Below, one piece after another: positions 36,988 through 45,081 of a stretch of 64,000 nucleotides of DNA; position 1 is the first letter of the stretch, and each line of letters begins with the position of its first letter. This DNA is from an uncultured Gammaproteobacteria bacterium. GTDB taxonomy: Bacteria > Patescibacteriota > Microgenomatia > UBA8517. Under the pieces are notes generated by a model, which saw only the letters and a list, made by a program, of their open reading frames with translations, had not been told where the DNA came from and made no database searches. The stretch is taken from NCBI GenBank assembly GCA_964600575.1, contig CAZRJH010000005.1, forward strand, positions 8,040-72,039. Direction: 5' to 3'. Made by a program: the position numbers and the translations under genes.

Positions 36988-37337
36988 ACTTCGATCGGTT
37001 GTCTAAAAGGAGAAATTGTTGTTATTCCTTCCTGATACAAGACTTGGCCGTGACCTTTTATAACAAGTGCCATTAGTTTTCCGTCGGGAGAAGTTTCTAC
37101 TCCTTGGACAACTCCGTTTATAGCCTGGCTTTCGTTATCGGATTTAAAAGATACAGACATATGCAAAAGCAGGTTGGGATCTTCTTTTATTCTGCCTTGG
37201 GTAAACAGCTGGCCTTCCAAGCTGTGTAAAAGTTGGAATTCCGCGTCAAGGCTTTCGGTGTGGCTAAAACCGGACAATTGAGAAGAAATCCCAATATATT
37301 CTGCAGCTATTTCTTTTATGGGTCTTTCGGTTGTCAT
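36984..37337 (-). CDS. hypothetical protein
   Basis: 117-aa ORF. Confidence 0.4.
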   Translation of the reverse strand: MTTERPIKEIAAEYIGISSQLSGFSHTESLDAEFQLLHSLEGQLFTQGRIKEDPNLLLHMSVSFKSDNESQAINGVVQGVETSPDGKLMALVIKGHGQVLYQEGITTISPFRQPIEV

Positions 37338-37382
37338 GTTTGGGATTATATTACTCGTTTCCCAATAAAACCACCCTTAAAT

Positions 37383-38381
37383 TCAGTAGACAAAAGAAGC
37401 ATCTCCAAAGCTAAAAAATCTATATTTTTCGTCGACTGCTGTTTTGTAAACTTTATTAAGTGTCTCCATCCCTGTAAACGCACCAACCAAAGCTAAGAGA
37501 GTGGATTTTGGCAAGTGAAAGTTGGTAATTAGGGCGTCGATAAATTTAAATTTGTAACCCGGGTAGATATAAATATTTGTCTCTCCCGATTTTTTAGGGA
37601 AAGATTCCAATACCCGTACCGTAGTTGTTCCTACTGCAATTATTCTTTTGCCTTGTTTTTTGGCAAGATTGAGCCTATCAAAAGTGCCGTCGTCCACCTC
37701 GTATTTTTCTGAGTGTATTTTGTGCTTGGTTATATCGGTTTCTTTTACAGGGGCAAAAGTTCCAAGCCCTACATGCAAAGTTACATATTCAACTTGAACA
37801 CCCTTGGATTTTATTTTTTCCAGAAGCTCTTTTGTAAAATGCAAACCTGCTGTTGGTGCTGCAACCGAGCCTTTGAATTTTGCATAAACTGTTTGATACT
37901 TCTTTCTAATTTCTGACTCCTTTTCTGAACTTTTAATATACGGGGGGAGGGGTGTAACCCCTTTTGCGTCCATTGTTGCAAAGATGTTGTTTCTAGTTTC
38001 GTGCGTTTTTAATATTGCAGTTTGGTCCTCGTGCCCCGTGCATTCAAATTCTAAGTTTTCGAATTTTATCTTTTGGCCTACTTTTACACCGGGCTTTGTG
38101 AGAACTTTCCAGACTCCCGTTTCTGTTTCTTCCAAAAGTAGCACTTCAATCTTTCCGCCTGTATCTTTTACACCAAAAAATCTGGCGGGGAAGACTTTGG
38201 TTTGGTTTAAGACTAAAACATCGTTGGGAGTTAGGTAATCAACAATTTTGCGGAAAATTTTATGTTCTATTTCTCCCGTATTTTTGTTTACAACCATAAG
38301 GCGACTTCTGTCACGGGGGTTTGCAGGGGAGTTGGCTACAAGTTCCTTGGGAAGTTGATAATCGAAAAGGGAGATATCCAT
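37383..38381 (-). CDS. queA: S-adenosylmethionine:tRNA ribosyltransferase-isomerase
   Basis: MDISLFDYQLPKELVANSPANPRDRSRLMV...GTTTVRVLES. The ORF-track N-terminal extension to 38537 overlaps tRNA-Tyr and is rejected. Confidence 0.9.
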   Translation of the reverse strand: MDISLFDYQLPKELVANSPANPRDRSRLMVVNKNTGEIEHKIFRKIVDYLTPNDVLVLNQTKVFPARFFGVKDTGGKIEVLLLEETETGVWKVLTKPGVKVGQKIKFENLEFECTGHEDQTAILKTHETRNNIFATMDAKGVTPLPPYIKSSEKESEIRKKYQTVYAKFKGSVAAPTAGLHFTKELLEKIKSKGVQVEYVTLHVGLGTFAPVKETDITKHKIHSEKYEVDDGTFDRLNLAKKQGKRIIAVGTTTVRVLESFPKKSGETNIYIYPGYKFKFIDALITNFHLPKSTLLALVGAFTGMETLNKVYKTAVDEKYRFFSFGDASFVY

Positions 38382-38458
38382 ACTATTGTGTGCCTGGGAC
38401 AGGTCTAAAGATCCCCGCAGGGGAATTCGTATGCGTATGCATCGAAGACTGTTCCGTG

Positions 38459-38543
38459 TGCTGAGGACAGGATTCGAACCTATGTAGCCCTTTCGGACGC
38501 GAGATTTACAGTCTCGTGCGTTTGACCGCTCCGCCACCTCAGC
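38459..38543 (-). tRNA. tRNA-Tyr (anticodon GUA, long variable arm)
   Basis: GCTGAGG...CGAGACTGTAAATCTCG...GGTTCGAATCC...CCTCAGC, 85 nt. Confidence 0.8.
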
Positions 38544-38569
38544 GCGACGATATTTTATAGGAAATTATG

Positions 38570-38641
38570 AGCCGACGAAAGGATTCGGACCTTCGACCCC
38601 CTGTTTACAAAACAGGTGCTCTACCACTGAGCTACATCGGC
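38570..38641 (-). tRNA. tRNA-Thr (anticodon UGU)
   Basis: GCCGATGTAGCTCAGTGGTAGAGCACCTGTTTTGTAAACAGG...; anticodon loop TTTGTAA. Confidence 0.85.
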
Positions 38642-38651
38642 TAATCAACTT

Positions 38652-38697
38652 CAAATCTGCCAGTGGCAAGCCTGTGCCACCACTGAGCTGCATTGGC
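38652..38697 (-). pseudogene. truncated tRNA-like fragment (5-prime half resembling the adjacent tRNA-Thr)
   Basis: GCCAATGCAGCTCAGTGGTGGCACAGG... matches an acceptor/D-arm but has no anticodon or T arm. Confidence 0.35.
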
Positions 38698-38947
38698 AAA
38701 TGCAAACTACTTATATATTATAACCTATTTTGAAGCTAAGTAGTTGGTTTTTTAGCAAAAAAAGACCCCGCACTCCAAAGTTCGGTGACTTCCTGGAAGA
38801 TCCAGGTGGGTGAGCTGTCACCTTCGTCTCCTAGAGTGAACTCCGCTCTCCCAAATTAAAAAAATAGTCAGAAAGTTACGACCGAACCCCTTTGTACAGG
38901 GTCAATAATAATCTAACACATTGGTGCAAATTAGCAAATATGACGAA

Positions 38948-39607
38948 CTATATCATTGAAGCAGAAGGAACCAACAAATGGATAACTAAATTAATAACCG
39001 GGTCGATAACAATTCCCACAACAGATTGACCGCCAAATATTGGGAATATCATCATAAGTAAAAGCATGGTCCCAAACCTGTCCAAAAACAAATCGAAAGT
39101 TTGCGCGTCTTTTTCTTCCATAAGTCCTGCTATAACTTTACCGCCGTCCAGTGGGTGAATCGGTATAAGGTTAAAAATAGCCAAAGAAACATTAAGAACA
39201 ATAACGGGGTAAAACAGCAAAAACACCATGTCCCCGCCAGTTATACCGATTATTAACGAAAGAATGGCTGCCAGTGCCAAATTAACTGCAGGGCCCGCTA
39301 GGGCAATAAGGGCAACGTCTTTACGATGATTTTTAAGGTTGTAGGGGTCGATTGGTACAGGTTTTGCCCATCCGAAAGGGATTATATAGGGATTTCCCAT
39401 TGCTCTAAGAAATGTTAAGAAAAGTAGAAGTGTTGTGCCCACCGGGTCGTAGTGTGCAAGGGGGTTAAGGGTTAGCCTGCCGTTTGCCCGTGCTGTAGGA
39501 TCCCCAAGTCTGTCTGCCATCCAGGCATGGGCCGCTTCGTGAATTGTTATTGTTATTGCGAATGCCAGTATCCAAATTATAATCATGGTTGATAGAACGA
39601 GCCTCAA
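38948..39607 (-). CDS. peptidase M50 family site-2-protease-like (SpoIVFB-type, no PDZ)
   Basis: HEAAHAWMA (HExxH in a TM helix) and NLIPIHPLDGGKV (LDG motif). Confidence 0.8.
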   Translation of the reverse strand: MRLVLSTMIIIWILAFAITITIHEAAHAWMADRLGDPTARANGRLTLNPLAHYDPVGTTLLLFLTFLRAMGNPYIIPFGWAKPVPIDPYNLKNHRKDVALIALAGPAVNLALAAILSLIIGITGGDMVFLLFYPVIVLNVSLAIFNLIPIHPLDGGKVIAGLMEEKDAQTFDLFLDRFGTMLLLMMIFPIFGGQSVVGIVIDPVINLVIHLLVPSASMI

Positions 39608-39625
39608 CTAGTATAATACACCGAT

Positions 39626-39877
39626 ATGGCATACATGTGCGACAATTGTGGTAAAACAACCGTTTACGGTCGAACAAGCACCCACGGTAGAGGTGTTGCA
39701 GGCCGAAGATGGAAGAAAAGAGCCCAATCTACAATTAGAACCTTTAGGCCCAATCTCCAAAAAATGTCCTTAGTTTTAGACGGCAAAAAGGCTCAGTTCA
39801 AACTTTGCACCAGTTGTATCAAGAGATTCAAAAAAGATGGGCTTATAAAGTCCCATTCTGCAATAAACCCCGTCTAA
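39626..39877 (+). CDS. rpmB: 50S ribosomal protein L28
   Basis: MAYMCDNCGKTTVYGRTSTHG...RTFRPNLQK...CTSC: the L28 pattern C..CGK...SH...R.F.PNLQ. Confidence 0.8.
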   Translation: MAYMCDNCGKTTVYGRTSTHGRGVAGRRWKKRAQSTIRTFRPNLQKMSLVLDGKKAQFKLCTSCIKRFKKDGLIKSHSAINPV

Positions 39878-39882
39878 CTCCT

Positions 39883-40419
39883 ATGATGTCCGTAGAATCC
39901 TTACCAGATTACGGAGAGATTTTTCTTAAACAATATGCTGTTATGGCCGAAAGCGGCATTCGTGTTAGCTGGGCGGTAAGAAGCGGTGAAATTTACCCCA
40001 TGCAGATTGATTTATCGGATTTTTCTGGGAACGATTTGGATGTAATGAACTTGGCTGTAGAAAGCATGGCTAAATATGTTCTAATGCCTGCAATCGATGA
40101 CGACTTTGTTACAGACCCGGAAAGACACAACTGGATAGACGCTCAAAGCGAAAGTCTGGAAGATGCTTATACAAACAACAGATTAAGAAGAAACAAAATT
40201 AGTACCGTTAAAGGGACGATGGAGCTTGCCATACGAATTCTTAAAGGAAAGTCGGATTATCGAGCAGCTGCTGTCGAAGAAATTCACAAACAAATTTCCG
40301 GTCTTTTAGCCGAAGAAAGTATAGATAAAACCAGCTTGGAGTTTGCCGCTAAAGTTACGGAGGCTTCTTTGGATTTTCTTAAACTTTTTTCAGCTGAAGA
40401 AAGTTTTGTAAGCGCTTAA
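39883..40419 (+). CDS. hypothetical protein
   Basis: ORF 39805..40419 trimmed to an internal Met after the rpmB stop. Confidence 0.4.
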   Translation: MMSVESLPDYGEIFLKQYAVMAESGIRVSWAVRSGEIYPMQIDLSDFSGNDLDVMNLAVESMAKYVLMPAIDDDFVTDPERHNWIDAQSESLEDAYTNNRLRRNKISTVKGTMELAIRILKGKSDYRAAAVEEIHKQISGLLAEESIDKTSLEFAAKVTEASLDFLKLFSAEESFVSA

Positions 40420-41349
40420 GAACTGGTTTCCGCCTACGACTGTTTTTCCTTCTATTTGAACTTCGTCCAAAACAAGCTCTGCATATCCCTCCTTGTTTTC
40501 TACATGCGATTTTAGGATTTTGAGCCTTTTGTCGTTGGGTAGAGTGGTCCAGACATTTGGCCACGGGTCCATTGCACGTACAAAGTTATTTATATTTGTG
40601 GGTGTTGCCTCCATTGAAAAGTCTTTTATGAATGCAATGTCTATTTTTTCTTGAGGCACTTCACCTTTTACTGCGGACTTAATGATATCGAATTTTACAA
40701 ATGCGTCATCCCTTTTGATTGTTCGCGTAAAAGTGGCCTGGTCTTCGTCTTGTGGTTTTAAGTGAATCTTGGTTTGAATGTATGGCTTAAGGAGTTCGAT
40801 TAGCACATCTTCACTTCTTTCAAAGAGTCTTTTTCTGAGTGTTCCAAAAGTATCATCGGGTAATATTTCTTCCTCGAATTGGGTAATTATTGGCCCGTGG
40901 TCTAGCTTTGCGTCCATTTTCATTATTGTTCCTCCTGTCGCCTTACCGTCGACAATTATTGCGCTTTGGACGGGGGAAGCCCCTCTAAATTTGGGTAAAA
41001 GTGAAGGATGTATATTAAGCATTCCCTGGGGAAAATAAGAAAGTATCTCATCCGGTAAAAACTCGCTGTAGGCGGCCAAAATTCCGATATCCGCAGTAAT
41101 TTGAGATTCCAAAAAGTCTTTGGAGGAATAAAATGTGGCGATATTTCTTTCGTGTGCCCATTTATCTATCGGGGAATATTCCAAGTATTGTTTTCTGCCT
41201 ACGGGCTTTGGGGATTGGGTAACAACCGCAACAATGGGTGACTCTCCGGGCCCGGACACATATTCCTTGTGAAGTCTCTCAAGAATCGGTAGAACATAAT
41301 CAGGTGTACCAAAAAATACAATTTTCAAGTGAGCTCTACCTCCTCCCAT
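40390..41349 (-). CDS. fmt: methionyl-tRNA formyltransferase
   Basis: KIVFFGTPDY..., NIHPSLLPKFRGASPVQ, C-terminal domain; immediately downstream of def. Confidence 0.9.
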   Translation of the reverse strand: MGGGRAHLKIVFFGTPDYVLPILERLHKEYVSGPGESPIVAVVTQSPKPVGRKQYLEYSPIDKWAHERNIATFYSSKDFLESQITADIGILAAYSEFLPDEILSYFPQGMLNIHPSLLPKFRGASPVQSAIIVDGKATGGTIMKMDAKLDHGPIITQFEEEILPDDTFGTLRKRLFERSEDVLIELLKPYIQTKIHLKPQDEDQATFTRTIKRDDAFVKFDIIKSAVKGEVPQEKIDIAFIKDFSMEATPTNINNFVRAMDPWPNVWTTLPNDKRLKILKSHVENKEGYAELVLDEVQIEGKTVVGGNQFLSAYKTFFS

Positions 41350-41909
41350 TCGTCGCCGTCTACTTTGTAAAGCGGTTTACCGGCTTGTAGCAATCTGTCT
41401 ATAAACAAAATTCCTTCCAAGTGGTCTATCTCGTGGAGAATTATTTGAGCGTTAAAGCCTATAAACTCTTCTTTAACCTCCTTGCCGTCCTCGTTTAGGT
41501 AGGTTAACGCCACTTTGTCTGCCCGTTTGAGAGGTCCGTAGTAAAAGGGAAGAGAAAGGCATCCTTCTAAAATTTCTTTTTTACTTTTTTTCTTAGGTTC
41601 TTCTTTAATGCCGCTTATTTCGCTTACTTCGGGATTAATTACAACTCTTTTAAAGTCTTTGTAGTCGGCTATAAAAATACGCACATTTTGGCCTATCTGG
41701 GGTGCAGCAAGGCCCACCCCTTCGGGATCTTTTTGGGTTGCCAGGGTATCTTTTAAGTCTTGAATAATCGCCAAAGTTTTTTTGTCCAATTTAGGAACAT
41801 TCTTTGATTTTGTGCGTAGAATCGGGTCTCCCGATTGTAAAATTTTTCTAATCATTTGAATAAAATCACGGCCGTCAAGGCTTTGAAACCTCAACCGTGA
41901 TAGCTTCAA
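41325..41909 (-). CDS. def: peptide deformylase
   Basis: GVGLAAPQIG, EGCLSLP and HEIDHL motifs. Confidence 0.9.
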   Translation of the reverse strand: MKLSRLRFQSLDGRDFIQMIRKILQSGDPILRTKSKNVPKLDKKTLAIIQDLKDTLATQKDPEGVGLAAPQIGQNVRIFIADYKDFKRVVINPEVSEISGIKEEPKKKSKKEILEGCLSLPFYYGPLKRADKVALTYLNEDGKEVKEEFIGFNAQIILHEIDHLEGILFIDRLLQAGKPLYKVDGDEWEEVELT

Positions 41910-41932
41910 TTATACCAGAAGTAGGTTTATTA

Positions 41933-43927
41933 TTACTTAATACTTTCTAATGTTTGTTTTGCCAGTTCGTCTTTTGGATCAATTTTTGTCAAAATATATT
42001 CAAGCTGCTCTTTGGCTTCGGCGTTTCTTTTAAGGTCGATTAGATAAATTGCATAAGCAAGTCTGGCTTCTTTGTAGTTTGCTTTAAGCTCGATTGCTTT
42101 TTTAAATGTCTCCTCACCCTTATTTGGATTTCCAATTTGAATGTAATAGAGTGCCAGGTTGTAGTGAAGTTTGGCATCTGTTGGGGCGGAATTAATAGAA
42201 TCAACTAAAACTTGTCCTGCAGGAACTATATATTGGGAGTTGATGGTGGAAAGCATAACAAAAATGCCAAACCTTGTTCGTTTGATATTCATATTGCTAG
42301 GAGATAACTCGGAAGCCATTTGGGACTCGCTTACAGCAAAATTTGCAAGTTGGGCGGCGGCGGTTGCTTCGCCTGCTTGGTTGTAGGCGCGCGCAAGTGC
42401 GGTATAGGAGCTTGCCAGTTCTATGTGGTACAAAGCTTGATTTGGGTTAAGGGAAGTGGCTTTTTTGGCATTTTCTAGGGCCATGTCGCTTCTTTTGTTG
42501 CCGTTATATATTTTTGCTTTTGAATAATAAAGATCTGCTTTCCAATAATTGTAAACGGCGAAGATCATATAAATTGCGGCAACGGAGATCGAAGTAAAAA
42601 GAATTTTTTGGAAGGCATTGGAGTTGTTTTCCTTTTTCGCGGGATTTGCGTCGGCCAGTGCGAATGCCGGAAAAAGGAAGAATAGCAAATCGGTGGGTAC
42701 TACCGAAAAACCAAAAAAGTTTGTAATTAAAAGACTAAAGTATCCGGCGATTAGTCCAAAGTTATAGAGGTCGTTTTTGTATAAAACAACTATGGTAATA
42801 ACTATTAAATAAATATATGCCCCAAGCCCCAAGGAACCCGAATTTGCGGCAAAGTTAAGGTATTGATTATGGGCTTTGTTATAAACAAAATCCCATTCGG
42901 AAACAAGGTTCTGAGCAGGCGGGCGGTACTTGTAAAAAGAATAGGCAAAAGTTTCTACTCCCGTTCCAAAAAGGGGATAATTCTTCCACACATCCATTGC
43001 CCCGGTCCAAACTATCTTTCTTATGGTCCCGGATTCCGTTCCGCCTACCTCCAAAGCAGGACCAACAGGGAGCTTATTTTCCTGGGTAATTTTTTTATTC
43101 AATAAAGAATAAATATTCGGAGTCCATTGTGTTCCTGATATTAAACAAATAGCAACAACTAGGCAGCCAAAAATAACCGCAGGCTTAAAAATATGTTTAA
43201 CTTCAGAAGACTTTTTCCAGATAACTAAAATTGCAAAAATTAGTGCGGAAATTCCAAATCCCAAAAAACCGGAACGTGACTTAGTGAAAATTAAAACCCA
43301 AAACAAAAGTAAGGAAAATGAAAGGTATATCCAAAATGTATGTTTTTTAATGTTTTCTTTTAAACCAAGTGCTAAGGAAACCGGAATTAATGCAACCAGC
43401 CAAGATGCCAACCAGTTTGGTTGTCCTAGTGTCGAAAAAACGCGGGATTTAACATCCTGTACCCAAAGTTCGCTGTCGATTCCAAAGTGTTCCAAAACCC
43501 CGTAAATCGAAACTAAAAATGCAGAAACAAAAGTTGTTTTTAAAAGAGAAAAAGATTCCTCTTTGGTTATGTTGGTTACAAATGCCCAATATAAGACCGA
43601 ATAACAAAGTGTGGTTAGTAAGCCGCCGTTGAATCTTGAGTAATAACCAAACCACGAAGTAGAAGGGTCAATAGAAATTAAAGTGGAAATAAACTGAGAC
43701 AAAACAAAAATAACGAGTGGTGTATCAAGTTTGGTTTTTACAAATATAAACCTCTTTTCGGAAACTATTCTCAGTAACCAAAATGCAGAGACAAGAACGG
43801 TAGATGCATACAAAAGCACTGTTTTATTGAATTCAAAAACCTCAGAAGTGTAAGGCCAGAGAACTAGAGGAATAAAAAAGAAAGCAAACCCGAAGATAAA
43901 GAAAATTATTTTTCTAAAATTAATCAC
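41933..43927 (-). CDS. O-antigen ligase-like (Wzy_C) membrane protein fused to C-terminal TPR repeats, third paralog
   Basis: About 12 TM helices, NKAHNQYLNFAANSGSLGLGAYIYL motif, and a C-terminal TPR-like module of about 230 aa. Confidence 0.6.
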   Translation of the reverse strand: MINFRKIIFFIFGFAFFFIPLVLWPYTSEVFEFNKTVLLYASTVLVSAFWLLRIVSEKRFIFVKTKLDTPLVIFVLSQFISTLISIDPSTSWFGYYSRFNGGLLTTLCYSVLYWAFVTNITKEESFSLLKTTFVSAFLVSIYGVLEHFGIDSELWVQDVKSRVFSTLGQPNWLASWLVALIPVSLALGLKENIKKHTFWIYLSFSLLLFWVLIFTKSRSGFLGFGISALIFAILVIWKKSSEVKHIFKPAVIFGCLVVAICLISGTQWTPNIYSLLNKKITQENKLPVGPALEVGGTESGTIRKIVWTGAMDVWKNYPLFGTGVETFAYSFYKYRPPAQNLVSEWDFVYNKAHNQYLNFAANSGSLGLGAYIYLIVITIVVLYKNDLYNFGLIAGYFSLLITNFFGFSVVPTDLLFFLFPAFALADANPAKKENNSNAFQKILFTSISVAAIYMIFAVYNYWKADLYYSKAKIYNGNKRSDMALENAKKATSLNPNQALYHIELASSYTALARAYNQAGEATAAAQLANFAVSESQMASELSPSNMNIKRTRFGIFVMLSTINSQYIVPAGQVLVDSINSAPTDAKLHYNLALYYIQIGNPNKGEETFKKAIELKANYKEARLAYAIYLIDLKRNAEAKEQLEYILTKIDPKDELAKQTLESIK

Positions 43928-44057
43928 AAAAGTTATTTTACAATACTTTTTTTAAAGTCCGGAGACTCTTTGCAATCAACGGTCAAATCGGTATACTGCG
44001 TTGCGACTTAAAATGAAATTTTTTAAATTTAAAAACCCCGTTAACCATCTTCTGGGT

Positions 44058-45077
44058 ATGTTCTCGCATGATGTGGGAATAGACCTTGGAACGGCAAATA
44101 CTCTGGTTTATGTAAAAGATAAAGGAATAGTAATAAGAGAGCCTTCTGCTGTGGCACGCCACAAAAAAACTAAAGAAGTTTTAGCAATCGGTACTTCCGC
44201 CAAAAAAATGTACGGTAGAGCACCCGCAACAATCGAGGCAATTAGACCTTTAAGAGACGGTGTTATAGCCGACTTTGATGCAACTGCGGCAATGCTTAAA
44301 TACTACATTAAAAAGGTTCACGAATCTGGTGGAATTATCCCCAAAATACCGCGCCCCAGGGTTATTGTGGGTATCCCTTCAGGTGTAACCGAGGTGGAAA
44401 GACGAGCTGTTGCAGATGCCGCAGTTGATGCAGGGGCAAGGGAAGCACATTTAATAGAAGAACCGATGGCGGCGGCAATTGGAGCAGGGCTTCCTATAGA
44501 AGGGGCGGAGGGTGTTTTTATAGTAGACATAGGCGGCGGGACAAGCGAAATAGCTGTAATTTCTTTAGGAGGAATTGTTTTAGGAAGAAGTGTAAGAGTT
44601 GCGGGGGATGAAATGGATGACGCGATTATCAATTATGTTCGTCTAAAGTATTCGCTTCTTTTAGGACAACCCACAGCCGAGGCGGTAAAAATAGGAATAG
44701 GTTCTGCCTCTGCCGTTAAAGATAAATTTACAGTTGTTAGAGGGCGTGATTTGGAAACGGGCTTACCAAAATCTATTAAATTAACATCAGGGGAAGTCCA
44801 AGAAGCTCTTTCTCCGATCATTCAGGAAATTGTTATGAATATAGTTGATACTTTAGAAGAAACCCCACCCGAGCTTACCAGCGATATCATGGAAAAAGGC
44901 ATTACTCTTGCTGGAGGCGGTTCTTTGATAAGCGGAATAGACAAAATTATTGCAGAAGCTACAAAAATGCCTGTTTGGGTGGCGGACGACCCTTTGACTT
45001 GTGTGGTAAGGGGTTGTGGAATTTGTTTGCAGGATAACGGTTTACTAAAAAGAATCAGAGTTACAAAAGGTTTATAA
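44058..45077 (+). CDS. mreB: rod shape-determining protein MreB
   Basis: MFSHDVGIDLGTANTLVYV... actin-fold motifs. The ORF-track start at 44001 is probably an over-extension. Confidence 0.9.
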   Translation: MFSHDVGIDLGTANTLVYVKDKGIVIREPSAVARHKKTKEVLAIGTSAKKMYGRAPATIEAIRPLRDGVIADFDATAAMLKYYIKKVHESGGIIPKIPRPRVIVGIPSGVTEVERRAVADAAVDAGAREAHLIEEPMAAAIGAGLPIEGAEGVFIVDIGGGTSEIAVISLGGIVLGRSVRVAGDEMDDAIINYVRLKYSLLLGQPTAEAVKIGIGSASAVKDKFTVVRGRDLETGLPKSIKLTSGEVQEALSPIIQEIVMNIVDTLEETPPELTSDIMEKGITLAGGGSLISGIDKIIAEATKMPVWVADDPLTCVVRGCGICLQDNGLLKRIRVTKGL

Positions 45078-45081
45078 CTGC

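Noticed and set aside
38382-38537. N-terminal extension of the queA ORF
   Set aside because: The extension runs across tRNA-Tyr. The internal Met MDISLFDYQLP matches the canonical QueA N-terminus, so the gene starts at 38381.
38775-38830. SRP (4.5S) RNA
   Set aside because: The hairpin lacks the conserved domain-IV sequence (GGAAGCAGCCAAGGCAG-like) on either strand. It is kept only as a generic structured-RNA/terminator candidate.
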